The notes beneath the pieces are model-generated. The model saw only the letters and a list, made by a program, of their open reading frames with translations, made no database searches and was not told the DNA's origin. 39,587 bases of DNA from Octopus bimaculoides. Lineage: Eukaryota. Positions 1-12,667 of this stretch are shown here, one piece after another. The stretch spans positions 24,556,346 through 24,595,932 of the forward strand of contig NC_068999.1 of the NCBI RefSeq assembly GCF_001194135.2, written 5' to 3'. Each line of letters begins with the position of its first letter. Position 1 is the stretch's first letter. Made by a program: the position numbers and the translations under genes.

Positions 1-31
<31 letters not shown>

Positions 32-189
32 CACATATATATATCTGATCATTTATAGAGATGCGTATCATGTTATTAACATTGGAGCCACATTCAGAAA
101 CAACAGTAATATAAATGTTTTCTCTTCATCCATCATCATTACTATTAAAAAAAAAAGATAATAATAAAAATGTAGTTCCTCTGCTTCTC

Positions 190-2165
190 TTTCAAACATT
201 TAATTTCGGAGATAATTTTTTGATGAAGTGTAGCGCCATTACTTTTCAGAATTTTGGGTCATCTTTTGAACACTTGTAAAAGACAATGATTTTGAACTTT
301 CCTTCATCACATATTTCTAGATGTTTGCTCAGTAGAATCTTGTGCAATTCCTCTTGTCAGATATGTTGTCTGTGGATTCTTGCACATTGGCAGAAGGAAT
401 TATTTGTTTCGCCAATGCAGTTTTCCTTGCAGTTGGGGCAAGTAATGTAGTATATGAGATTCTGCATTTTGCAGTTCATATCTGCATTTACTTTGAACAA
501 GAATTCACTCTTGAATTTTGTGGGAACCACTTTCTAAGCATTTAAAGTTGTTGTTGCATGTTCCACATCTGCTATCTCCACATTCTTTTATGGAGAATTC
601 TGATTCATTCTCTGATGAGAATTTTGCTCTTGTAAGGTGTTTTTTGAGATTTTTTGGTTGGCATCTACTGTTTTGTAAGGGGTTTTTATCAATCAGATTT
701 TTCATTTTGGGGTTTTGTAGAAGTATAAGAAGGTTTGATTTTATGGTGTGCAAGATGTTAGCTACTCCAGGATTGTGCATATTAATAAATGAAATTGAGG
801 TGTTCATTAATTTTTCTCCTTTGGTGTCCTTAGTTGTGTGATGCTCAACTTCATCACCTTTTTAATTCTCTCATTTATTAATCCTAATTTCTGCTTTGTT
901 AGAAAGTCTTTGAGCTCATTGAGTCAGAGTTAACATATTTTGGGGTCAATCACTATAGTACAGATATGTCTTATCATGCTGTATGGGATGTTCCTTTTGA
1001 TGTGTGAGGGATGGCAAGAGTAGAAATTCAAATATTAGTGCATGTCCAACTGTGGAGTTGTGTATTTTTATGTGAATATCCAGGAATGGTAATTCATTGC
1101 AACTGGATTCTGTCAGAAATTTGATAGATGGGTGAAATATTTTCAGGTCCTCATTTGATCTGTCCCAAAAGATGAAGCAGTCACTGAGGAAGCGTTTCTA
1201 CTTTTTAATGACGTATTTCTTACGATCCTGATTAAAAACCCTCCCTACTTCCTCATAAAGCTTTTCTTTCAAGTATCCCATGACTAGGTTAGCATATGAG
1301 GGTGCAAAGTGCATCTCTGTAGCCATGCCCTTTAACTGTTGATATGTTTTATTATCGAATATAAAGGTGTTTTATTCTAGTACCAGAGATGTGGCCTTGG
1401 TGATGAAGTCAGTTTTGAAGCATTTATTTATCTGTCCTCTATGTTTCTCTACCCAGTGTTTGACTGCTTCCAAGCCCAAAGTGTGAGGTATATTGGTATA
1501 AAGATTAGTGACCATTAAAGCTTCTTGTAAGTATAGTACCTTCGGGGTCAGTGGGTGGAATGTGCTGGAGGAAATCTATGCCGTCCTGTATATAGCTGGG
1601 TATTAATAGGCGTAGAGGTTTTAGGAGTATGTCCAAAAAATGACTCAGTTGTCGTGTTGGTCCAGCAGCTATTGGTCTCAGTGTGAGCTCTTAGTATTTT
1701 TACGTATTGGTTCTTCTGCTTATTTATGGCATTTTGTATTTCGGAGCTTTTGTGGATTTTGGGTAATCCATAGAAATTGCTCTCTTTGATTGCAGAGTTG
1801 CATAAATAATCTTTCTCCTTCTCTGTGAGGGAATTTTGGTATTCATTAGTGTTTTGATTTTATCATTATTGCTTTTTCTGTGTGTCATGGTTTTTCCTTG
1901 TAATAGGTTTGGTCTGTTAGAATTTCAAATATTTTATCTTTATAGTAGTCTTTGTCCATGATTATTATTGCTCCTCTCTTATCAGCTTCTTTTAGGATGA
2001 TTGAATTGTCATTCCTCAGTGTTAGTAAGGCTTCCTTTTCTTCTTCATAAAGGTTTTGTTTGCATTTATGGATACTTAAGGGAAATTTTGAAATTGTGCC
2101 TATATATGCATCTAAATGTTTGTCATTCACCTTGTAGGGGGTGAAGTGGGATTTATTTCTGACAA
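190..2165 (-). mobile_element. Decayed Penelope-like retroelement (RT + GIY-YIG endonuclease)
   Basis: Minus-strand fragments: ALLTLRNDNSIILKEADKRG, YTNIPHTLGLEAV, YQQLKGMATEMHFAPSYANL, *KRFLSDCFIFW (degenerate YxDD), CGDSRCGTC, NLIYYITCPNCKENCIGET; stops and frameshifts present. Confidence 0.9.
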
Positions 2166-2169
2166 ATGA

Positions 2170-2345
2170 TTTGAGGGAATGAAAAAGTCGATGACGTTGA
2201 CACCAGTGCTCAACTGGTATTTATTTCTTCAATCCTGAAAGGCAAAGTCAACCGTGACAGTATTTGATCTTAGAACATAAAGACAGACGAAATGCCACTA
2301 AGCATTTTGCCTGGCGTGTTAACGATTCTGCCAGTGCACTGCTTT
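2170..2345 (-). mobile_element. tRNA-derived SINE, family A
   Basis: Reverse complement of TGGCAGAATCGTTA...GCTTAG...GTTCTAAG, shared with about 10 copies in the window. Confidence 0.8.
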
Positions 2346-2882
2346 AGTGATCACAAATATTGGGGACATGTTGTACACGAGAAACTCTGCTCTCAGGTTT
2401 TCTCCACTGCAGAGAGAATGCTCGCAAAAGAGAAGTGTTGATGGTTAGGATGCACTGGCCGCAATTAACTCTTCGGTTTAAATAAGAAAAGAATACATTA
2501 AATAATGTAATCTTAAAAACGACTGGAATTCCAATGATCATAGGTCTCCTGGATCGGGTTTGACCTGGTGTTAAACAACATAAAATATACTAAAAACGTT
2601 TGTGGCATTTAGAGACATAAAAATGTACATTTCCTGAGAAAACAAAACAACCACTGATCATAAAGAGGTGGAAAATTTGAGAAAACCAGTCACTATAGTA
2701 ACTGTTGACACAAGTAATAGTGTCAAGAAGATAGCAAGTAGCATCATTTCAAGTTATATTTAAAGCAGCAGCAGGTGGAAATTGCAGCAGTAAAAACAAT
2801 TTAATTTTTCTTTAAGTAGCAACTTTATATTTATAAAATAAATAAATATATATATATATTTATAAAATAAATAAATAAATAA

Positions 2883-2914
<32 letters not shown>

Positions 2915-3519
2915 TATTGATCTTTTATTGAAATATATTATTAGTAATACTCCACACAGCCATAGTTTCGTATTACAAAAACCCGCGTGTTATAGTATTC
3001 TAATAACAAAACCCAACGTGAGTATTTTCCTTATCTGTTTATTGCTGCTAATTTAATTTCTCTGGTTATTTTACTGTTCTCTGTTATTTTCACCGATTAA
3101 AAAATTATCTTAGCATCTATTTCAAAATACTCCATAATTGAATAAAGCAAACTTATTCAGCAAAACATGAACAATCTTGTCCAAGTCGAGCGCAAACTGT
3201 TATATAACAACACTGGGAAAATCGTGTTATATAACATGTTTCGTTGTAAATCTTTGAGAAGTGCAACTTCGTTATGGCAGAAAATAACGAAAACACTAAG
3301 TGAAGAGATGGAGATACGCTGAAGCACGGCGTTTCCTTATATTTAGGTCTCTTAGAGGGGTGGTTTATAATGTTTGGTCCCACATTCCCAAACTCAACCT
3401 CTCGGTTACTCCTGATTCCTTCATCCTATTTCCATAACTTACTAAGTGTCAAGTAAACATTTTCTGTAAGTTTTGTGCCTTCCCTCGACTTTGTTTCCTC
3501 GTACCTATCTTTAGAATCG

Positions 3520-3900
3520 TTTATTTTTCACTTCAGTCATTGGACTGAGAACATGCTGGGGCACCTCCTTGAAGAATTTTGTACTACTTAGATACTGAGG
3601 TCCCGACGCATCTACGTAACCCTAACGCTAAAACTAATCCTAACGAGTGTACACTGTAAAAACATCGTTACGTAGATGCATCAAGACCTCTGTATATAAG
3701 TAGTGCGAAGAATTTTAGTCATGTCTCCGCTGAACCGTTAAGTTACGTGGACATACATAAACAAACCAACACCAGTTGTCAAGTGGTGGTTGCGCCGTGA
3801 TAAACAGACACAAAGACACACGCATAGTATATACATACACGACGGGATTCCATACAATTTCCGTCTATCAAATTTATTCAGGATGCCCAGTGGGACTGAA
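3520..3900 (-). mobile_element. SINE family B (tRNA head, CORE-like CCTTGGGCAAGT, internal microsatellite), interrupted by a MITE
   Basis: Matches the copies at 8921 and 33215. Confidence 0.75.
3581..3706. mobile_element. Mutator-like MITE nested in SINE B
   Basis: About 40-bp imperfect TIRs (GTACTACTTAGATACTGAGGTC...CATCTACGTAAC); perfect 10-bp TSD GAAGAATTTT at 3571-3580 and 3707-3716. Confidence 0.8.
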
Positions 3901-4294
3901 AAAAAAAATCTTTTTCACAAACTTTATGAGGAAATAAAGTGGAAAATGGTGCATCAAATTGTAATTATGTACTGTAAGTACTTTTTGTACTGTACTTTAT
4001 AAGATTTACAGATAAAACCTACATTTGTTAAAAATATAACATTAGAAATGGTAAAGGCAAGAATGATATGACATGTTGACGAGTGGAAAACTGGGAAAAT
4101 GTGGTACATTTAATAAAAATACCTGTAATAAAAAAATAAAAAAAATAGAATAATAAATTAATTTAAAGGTTAAGAAATGGTATTTCTTGAAAATCAGGTA
4201 AAATACATGCTTCAGTTTTGTTTAAGATACTTGTTAATACTGAAATGTTATAGGTGATGGCCCCCAGATATCTCCTCACTCTACCTTTTAAGTG

Positions 4295-4725
4295 AATAAA
4301 TCATGACTTTGAGTTAAGATGCTTGCTTCCCATCTCCATGGTTCTGGGTTCAGTCCCACTGCATGGCACGTTGGGCAAGTGTCTTGTACTATAGCCTCAG
4401 GTTGATCAAAGCATTGTGAATGGATTTGATGGATGGAAACTGAAAGAAGCCCATCGTATGTATGTATATATATATATATAAAATATATGTAATTATATAT
4501 ATATAATGTGTGTCTGTGTATGTCTCCCACCACTGCTTGGCAACTGGTGTTGGTGTGTTTATGTCCCTGTAACCTAGCAGTTTGGCAAAAAGAGAATAAT
4601 AGAATAAGTTCTAGGCTTTAAAAAAATATAAGTATTGGAGATTGATACATTCGACGAAAAACTCTTCAAGATGGCACCCCAGCATGGCTGCAGTCTAATG
4701 ACTGAAACAAGTAAAAGATAAAGAA
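4295..4725 (+). mobile_element. SINE family B
   Basis: GGTTCAGTCCCACTG...TTGGGCAAGTGTCTT...(TA)n...GACTGAAACAAGTAAAAG. Confidence 0.85.
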
Positions 4726-4807
4726 AAGCTAAAACAAATTTTGTCAAAACATTGAAAGTGGTAAGAAATAATATGAGAAAACCCATGATTAATTTCCAAA
4801 GCCATAC

Positions 4808-4871
<64 letters not shown>
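4808..4871. repeat. (TA)n microsatellite
   Basis: Long perfect TA run. Confidence 0.95.
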
Positions 4872-4875
<4 letters not shown>

Positions 4876-5227
4876 TTATTAGGGCACACAGAATAAGGTG
4901 GAGATGTGTAAAGAGAACAAACTGCTGCAAGGTAACCATGACTATAGTTCTTTATATGGAAAGCCTATGACATAGAGCAGATCACTGTCTTACTACTAGG
5001 GATGCTTTTGTCAATACTGCACATGAGAGTAAGATAACAACACATCAAAAGCCAGTTTATATGAGCCCCAGCAATATGGAAGGTGATTGCTGACTGCAAC
5101 ATCCATTTTATCTATCTTCCTCTTGACAATATACACAACTAGAATCTGCATGTACATGCATGATGCTTAGGAACTTTGTTATGTCTCCACTAGGCTTTCT
5201 CCAAATTATTGCAGATACCGGTGTCAC

Positions 5228-5402
5228 GCAGATGGCACCTGTGCTGGTGGCACGTAAAAGCACACATTGCACTTAGAGTGGTAGGTATTAGGAAGGGCAT
5301 CCAGGAGTCTGGCACAGCCTTCCAGCTTGCCAGTCCTGGTCAAACCATCCAACCCATGCCAGCATGGACAACAGACGTTAAATGATGGTGGTGATGATGA
5401 TG
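5228..5402 (+). mobile_element. Family C retroposon 3' end with (TGA)n tail (RTE-type tail)
   Basis: GGAAGGGCATCCAG...CCATGCCAGCATGGA...GTTAAATGATG; related copies at about 11487, 16225, 20370, 22065, 27005 and 30620. Confidence 0.75.
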
Positions 5403-6613
5403 TATATGCAGTTCTACAACACAACACATGAAATCTATGAAGAATTTCATGAAATGATAGTTGATTTTGAGAACTTAGTCATTCTTTGTTCTTATTTAAA
5501 ACAGCATATGTGACTGATACACCAACACAAGGACACTTCTCTCACCTTGTGCAGTGTACATGGAGAAAAATGTAGAATTTGGGACTGAGCAACAAATACA
5601 AAGATGGCAGTAATTTTAGATGGTTTCATCAAAGAGTAAATGCACTCGTTTTCTTACCAATAAAGATATACCATTAGGAGTGCAGTATTTTTTAATAAAC
5701 ATGTTTAAAAGTTAAGTGTTTATTTGTTAGACTATTTTGATAGTAGATATGTCACTGGAGCTTTTATGAGTCAATGCAATACAAAATCAGGTGCTCTTTC
5801 TTGTCAGTATTCCACATTGATTCTCACCCAAGCTGTAGAATATTAATTTAGTGACACTAGGGACCCAGCATCCAATGTGAAGATTGGAATAAAAAGGAAA
5901 AGTTTTCCCATTGTGTTGGTTCCATTCACTCTCCCATTTGCAAAGGAAATTAGAGTACGAGGAAAGAAGAGGCTGTTAATGCAGTCATTGCTCAACGTGC
6001 AATTGTTTAGCCCTTGCCACCCACACAGACAGGAAGAAAATGGATGTACGTAGATTGTTTGAAGAATCTGTGATAAAAGGTTATGATGAAGGTTGTAAGA
6101 ACAACCATAATTTAATACAAGGCATCTGGAACATTTGTCTGTAAATAAGTTTAATGTATTTTTACTCTTCTTTCCTCTAATTTTATAATCAGAAATAAAC
6201 TAATTTGATTTGTTTTGAAATTTTGATTAAAATTTTGAATTGTGAGAATTATTGTAATTAAATGTGCTGTTTGTTCCCAGTTTTCCGTTTTTATCTGGGT
6301 TATTTTAATCTGTATCATTTTTACTTGTGCTATTATAACCTGTGCCACTTTTACTGTGTACCTTAAAATGTGATAGCTCATGGAATTTAGCAAATAACAG
6401 TTATAACAACTTTATTATTTCTCATTCATACTATCATAAAGTAAAGGGGAAACTTTTCCTCCTACTTGATGAACATTATTGGATTATTTGGATTCTAGAA
6501 ATCTTTTTTTTTTTTTTTTCAGCATTTGTTCCTTTTTGTCGCTCAATTGCAAAACTTGGCAGACTCATTCCCGATTTCTCTTTAGTTGGAGATATTTAAT
6601 AATCAATAGAAAT

Positions 6614-6845
6614 ATGGCAAAACGTACAGCAAATTCCAAAATTGAAGATGAACCAGCTGACTTAAAAAAATCAAAGAACGAAAGTCTGTCAGAGAAAATT
6701 CAAGAATCTCGCATAAAATGTGCAAAATCTGTTCAGGATTTTAAATTCAACAAAAAGCGAGTTCGTTTGTTGAATGAAGTGGAAGAATTCCTTGAAGGAT
6801 CTCAGGGCGTTCTTTATTGGATGGTCCGTGACCAAAGGGTGCAAG
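6614..6845 (+). CDS. phr: phr coding exon 1 (MAKRTANSK...[12 protein letters not shown])
   Basis: ATG at 6614; donor G|GTATGG at 6846, phase 1. Strong upstream acceptor-like sites (T-tract-CAG ending 6522, TTTAG ending 6585) suggest an upstream non-coding exon. Confidence 0.92.
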
Positions 6846-9084
6846 GTATGGTGATGCTTTATTGTGACTTCTATTAAATGTAACAGCTGTATCATTTACT
6901 TTTGTAATTTCTTTGCAATATTAATATTCATTTTAGGGCAGTGAGCTGGCAGAATCGTTAGCACGTCAGGTAAAATGCTTAGCAGCATTTTGTCTGTCTT
7001 TATGTTCTAAGTTCAAATTCTGCTGAGGTCGACTTTGTCTTGCATCCTTTCAGGGTCAATAAAATAAGTACCAGTTGATTACTGGAGTCAATGTAATTAG
7101 CCCCTCCTCTGAAATAGCTAGCATTGTGCCAAAATTTAAAACAAATACTAATATTCATTTATGTTAGAAATTGATAAAAATGTTTAAAACAAAATTTGAA
7201 AAACAAGAGAAAAGTGCAGAAGTCTCTCTTCATGCAACAGGCTCTCCTAGATAGTGTCTGAGGTAGTTGTTACCTTTCCAATAAGCTAAGTGAAAGATTT
7301 ATATTGGAGGGAAGCTCCCAGGAGCAGCCTCTCTCTATCTCTGTCATTATCATTTCATTACTTTTGGACTTTATCTTTATTTATAGGTAAATGACAAAAG
7401 GTCAATATAATTTCGTGTATAATCATTTTAGTTGGTATAGGGTATAATCCACTCCATCTTCAGAATTTGTAATTATTCTGGTGCAAATGGCCAATTAATA
7501 CAGCAAGCAATACATAACCTTAGAAACAATAAGAAACGATTGTTTCAATAACAATAGAGAGGCTATTTCCATGGAGTTGGACCATGTCCCATTGTAAGTG
7601 AAATATTTTCTTAATTTATTTTAAAAGTTTGTTGGAAAAACAGCTGAATATCGAAAGTGTTGGCTAGTTTATGCTTGAGGCTAGTTGAATAAATGTTTTG
7701 AGTGGACATTATAAGAGTACTTGTGTTAAAAGTTGATCAATCTCAACTGGAAAGAAATGGTGTCACCTAGTCATCTACCGATCCGGCAGACACTCTAGCC
7801 AAATCGATTACATCCTCGCCAGAAATAGAGAAAGAGGGAGGCTCCTAAATGCCAAAACCCTCCTTGGCGAAGAATGTACACCCCAACACAGATTAGTAGT
7901 CAGCGACTTTGAGANNNNNNNNNNNNNNNNNNNNNNNNNNNNNNNNNNNNNNNNNNNNNNNNNNNNNNNNNNNNNNNNNNNNNNNNNNNNNNNNNNNNNN
8001 NNNNNNNNNNNNNNACACACACATGATGGGTTTCTTTCAGTTTCTGTCTACCAAATCCACTCACTAGGCTTTCGTTGGCCTGAGGCTATAGTGGAAAACA
8101 CATGTCCAAGGTGCCATGCAGTGGGACTGGACCTGGAATCATGTTCTATTATAATAAAGTTTAACAAATTTAAACATTATCTAAGAACGATCTAGTTTGC
8201 TTCATTATAAACCAATCAATTAATATGAGACATGAACTGTTTTTGCAATATTTATTTATTTTAGATAACTGGGCTATGCTGTTTGCCCAAAGACTTGCTC
8301 TTAAAGAAAAGACATCCCTTCATGTATGCTTTTGTGTGGTGGTTCCATTTCTCGAGGCAACCAAACGACATTATGATTTTTTGTTGAATGGACTGAAGGA
8401 AGTTGAAAAGGTTTGTCTCAATTTTGACTTTTCTGAATTTTGTTTTCATTTAACTTAGAAGTTATTAGTATGAATTTCAATTTAAAACAAGTGTTCAATT
8501 AAATTGTTGCATTGGAAAGACAATATAGCAGTTAGATTCAACCCCATATTTGGTCACATGGAAGTCACAAGTTGATCATGTGCATAAACACAATTTCTCT
8601 CCAATCAACAACTTCTGTTCATATGATAGTCTGGCAGCATGACTAGGACTTTCTGTGAGCAAACCTTACAAATACAGTTCATTTTAGTGCAAAAAGGGCA
8701 GAGTGATTCAGTCTTTGGTGGAGTTTGCTCTTGATTCTAGCTGTTCTCACAGCTAGGCGTGATAGGTGAAGAAACACAGCAACATTTGCCTAAATGTTGA
8801 ATTTCTGACAAAGATTTCCTGCACTTGTAATATACGTTGTTTCATATAAAATTTACTCTTATATTGCATGAATACTTTCTGTGTTAATGTAGAAATAAAT
8901 AATGTTGAAAATTCCATATAGGCGCAGGAGTGGCTGTGTGGTAAGTAGCTTGCTTACCAACCACATGGTCCCGGGTTCATTCCCACTGCATGGCACCGTG
9001 GGCAAGTGTCTTCTACTATAGCCTCGGGCCAACCAAAGCCTTGTGAGTGGATTTGGTAGACGGAAACTGAAAGAAGCCCGTCGT

Positions 9085-9123
<39 letters not shown>

Positions 9124-9789
9124 TGTGTGTCAGTGTTTGTCTCCTCCCAACATCGCTTGACAACTGATGGTGATGTGTTTATGCCCATGTAACTTAGCGG
9201 TTCGGCAAAATAGACTGATAGAATAAGTCCTGGGGTCGATTTGCTCGACTAAAGGTGGTGCTCCAGCATGGCCGCAGTCAAATGACTGAAACAAGTAAAA
9301 GAGTAAAGAGTAATTTCTGCATACATGCAAGAAGCCTTTCTTCATGCCCACACTACAGGAGATTATCCCACTATGAATTGAATTGTAAACTTAGACATGG
9401 TTTATGTTGGATTTTCAACTAAACTGATCAAAGTTTAATGTTTCACAAATAACGAACTATTGTAGTTCAAAAAATATTTTACTACTGAAGTGTTACTTGG
9501 AATAACAATAAGGAATTATGGAAATTTCGACTCAGATTCTGTATATTCTTTAATTATTTTATTTGTTTTATTCATTGAACTACAGTGTTGTTGGTGCACC
9601 ATCTTGAAGGGTTTACTTGATCAAATTGATCCCAGTACTTATTTTCAAGTCTAATACTTATTCTATCAATTGCTTTTTGCTGAACTGTTAAGTTATGGGG
9701 ATATGAACAAACCAACATACTTTGTTTATATCCCTATAAAGCAGTAAGAGGCAAACACAAAAGCTCATGCACACATGCCTGCATGCGTG

Positions 9790-9829
<40 letters not shown>

Positions 9830-12634
9830 CTCTCTCTCTCCCTCTCTCTCTTTCTCAAAGTGTAGGCATGATTGTACTGTTAAGAAGTTTGTTTTGCAAC
9901 CATGTGATTTCAAATTCAGTTTTACTGCATGGCACCTTGGGCATGTGTCCTCTACTATAGTCCTGGGCCAACCAAAGCCTTGTGGATGAAGGATAGATGG
10001 TAACAGAAAAGTATATACATGGTGAAGGCACATTGCCTAATAGTTAGTGTTGAATTCATGATTGCAAGATCATGATTTTGATTCCCAGGTTGGTAGCACA
10101 TTGTCTTCTTGAGCAAAACACTTCATTTCATTTTGCTCCAGTGACTTATGAATAGCTAACCCTGCAATAGACTACCATTTAGTTCAAGGGGTATATTAGC
10201 CTGCTCACATTTATGGTGCATTTTAGAAAAATAAGTAAAGAGCTGATATCCTCCACCATCATCACTACAAGAATTGGAGACTGTTTTAGCTGAAGAATGG
10301 ACAAAAATTCCTTTGGAAACAATTCAAACTTTGTACAAGTCCATACCTTGTAGAATTCAAGCTGTAATTACATCAAAAGCAGTCCTACCCCATATTAAAA
10401 TAAATTTGTTAGAAATTTTAAGGTGTTTCCATTATTTTGCCCAACCCCTGTAGATTACTTTACAAGATTGTGATAACACTCTATATATATCTCTTATTTT
10501 TCTCCTTTGACAGTTAATTAGTTTGATGGCTGTTAATAATTTTTGAAGTGTTGGCTCAGTATAAAATAAAATGTATGGTGTTTCTTTTTGTTCTTTCCTT
10601 AGGAATGCTGCAATTTGGATATTCAGTTCCATCTTTTGAAAGGAGACCCATCTTCTGAAGTATCCAGTTTGGTAAAAGAGTTGAATATCGGTGCTGTTGT
10701 CACAGATTTCAGCCCATTGAGACTTCCAAGAAAATGGTTGACTGATTTAACAGAGAATCTCCCTAAAAATGTTGGCTTGTGTCAGGTTAGACCTATTGTC
10801 CTCAAAATATTTGTAACAAATGCTTAATTAAATTAAAATAGAAATCATTTCTCTCATTACTGAACACTCATTTTATTATATTTCTTTTGTCTTTCAGGTG
10901 GACACACACAATATTGTACCATGTTGGATAACTTCTGAAAAGCAAGAATATGGTGCTAGAACTATTAGAAACAAAATCCACAGTCAAATGTGTAACTTTC
11001 TCACTGAATTCCCTCCTGTTATCAAGCATCCCCACAAAGCCAAAACTGAAGCCAAGGTAATCTTATATATCACTTTATTCTCTTTTCTATTACCTTTGCA
11101 TAGTTTATTATTATATCAGGATTGTTTAAATTATACATTTACTCTAATAAAGAAGTTTCTAGTAAGAAGGTAGAAAAAAAAAATGAAAAATGGTATTTTG
11201 TGCTAATTTGTTCTTTATTTTCATGCAGAATCTAAAAATACACAAACTTTGGATATATTTTGGGAAAGTTAATGATGATTCTTGACATACACATTTGTAT
11301 TGGAGTTCTTGATTAATTTAAATATGAAATTCTTACAGGAGCTGATTAGAGAAGAGTAGAGTGAATTGAAATAATTTTAGTAAACTATTAGAATTTATTT
11401 TATGTATACTCAATGCATAGAAGACAAACTTGGGTCATCACATTTTTAAAGATATCGTTATTAAGGTGTAATTTATTTTAAACCAAAATTATCATCATCA
11501 TTTAATGTCCACTTTCATGATATCATGGGTTAGATGGAATTTGTTGAGGTAAGTTTTTCTATTGCCAGATGTCCTTCCTATCGCTAATCCTCACCTGTTT
11601 CTAAGCAAGGTGATATTTCCCATGGTCAGACATGTTTTCTACAGAAGACTGGAAGCAAATACCATCATTGTATGAGAGTGATGCTTGTTTACAATCATCA
11701 TATGATGTCAAGACAAGAACATACGCACACAAACATATATATATATATATACATATATATATCATAAGGATGTGTTATAATACTATTCCACAGCCATACC
11801 AACAATCCAAGAATACTATTTCACATATACAAAAGCATCCATACCAACAATCCAACTTACCTCCATCGTCAGCTGCCCCACAGATATCATTATGGTTTCG
11901 ACATATCTTAATAATACTAAAACTCAAGGGATGTTTGCATGTACCCGAAACATCTCAGAAATATTTGTTTTCATACTTATCAAGGCAGAGCAGTACAAAT
12001 TTTTGTGACACCTAGACCTCTATTTATTAATGAAAATGATAAAAACACAATTTTTGTTTGTTATTTCTTGATGAAATAGAAAGCATGGCTTTCATGATGT
12101 CAACATACATACACGCTTACAGAACACACACACATATAATGAATGTCATGGCGTGTCAATCAACACAAACACACATCCGCTATCTGTGACTTATACACCT
12201 CATAGCCTTCGCGTTCTCTAATTAAAAAAAAAATGTTGACTTCTTGACGTACACAATATTGTAATCATTTTTAACTGAATATGATTTAAAAAATGTAATT
12301 AGTTTGTACAGTAAGTATTTATATTTTAGCTTTCTTTAAATAGACAATATTTTAATATTTTTAAAAATTATTTTCAAGTCGTTAATTTCTGTAAAAAAAT
12401 TTTTATTTATTTACTTTGTTTTAAAGTGAAAGATGTATGTACATCTGTGTATATGAAATGGATGTGTGTGTGTGAAAGAGAGAGAGAAAGAGTGAATGAA
12501 GGGGTGTGTTGTCATGTATACGTACAATACATCAATACATATGCGTGCATCTTTTTTGTATGTATGTGTGTGTGTGTGTGTGAGAGAGAGAGAGTGAGTG
12601 AATGAGTGTGTTCTCATGTATGTGTAAGTGGTAT

Positions 12635-12667
<33 letters not shown>

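Larger units (their letters stand above)
2950..3900. promoter_or_regulatory. Locally CpG-rich segment; candidate phr promoter / non-coding first exon
   Basis: Many intact CG dinucleotides compared with the flanks; consensus donors GTGAGT (3018) and GTAAGT (3466) on +; coding exon 1 is preceded by a strong acceptor. Confidence 0.4.

Noticed and set aside
4874-4930. Possible small exon ending in CAAG|GTAACC
   Set aside because: The acceptor is just the end of a (TA)n run with no polypyrimidine tract; no supporting homology.
4695-4970. ORFs with YIYI/HTHT/IIII/NNNN runs (also at 9775, 16975-17359, 38977-39468)
   Set aside because: Translations of microsatellites and SINEs; no coding evidence.
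6936-7030. tRNA genes
   Set aside because: A/B-box-like motifs belong to tRNA-derived SINE heads; no complete cloverleaf could be drawn.
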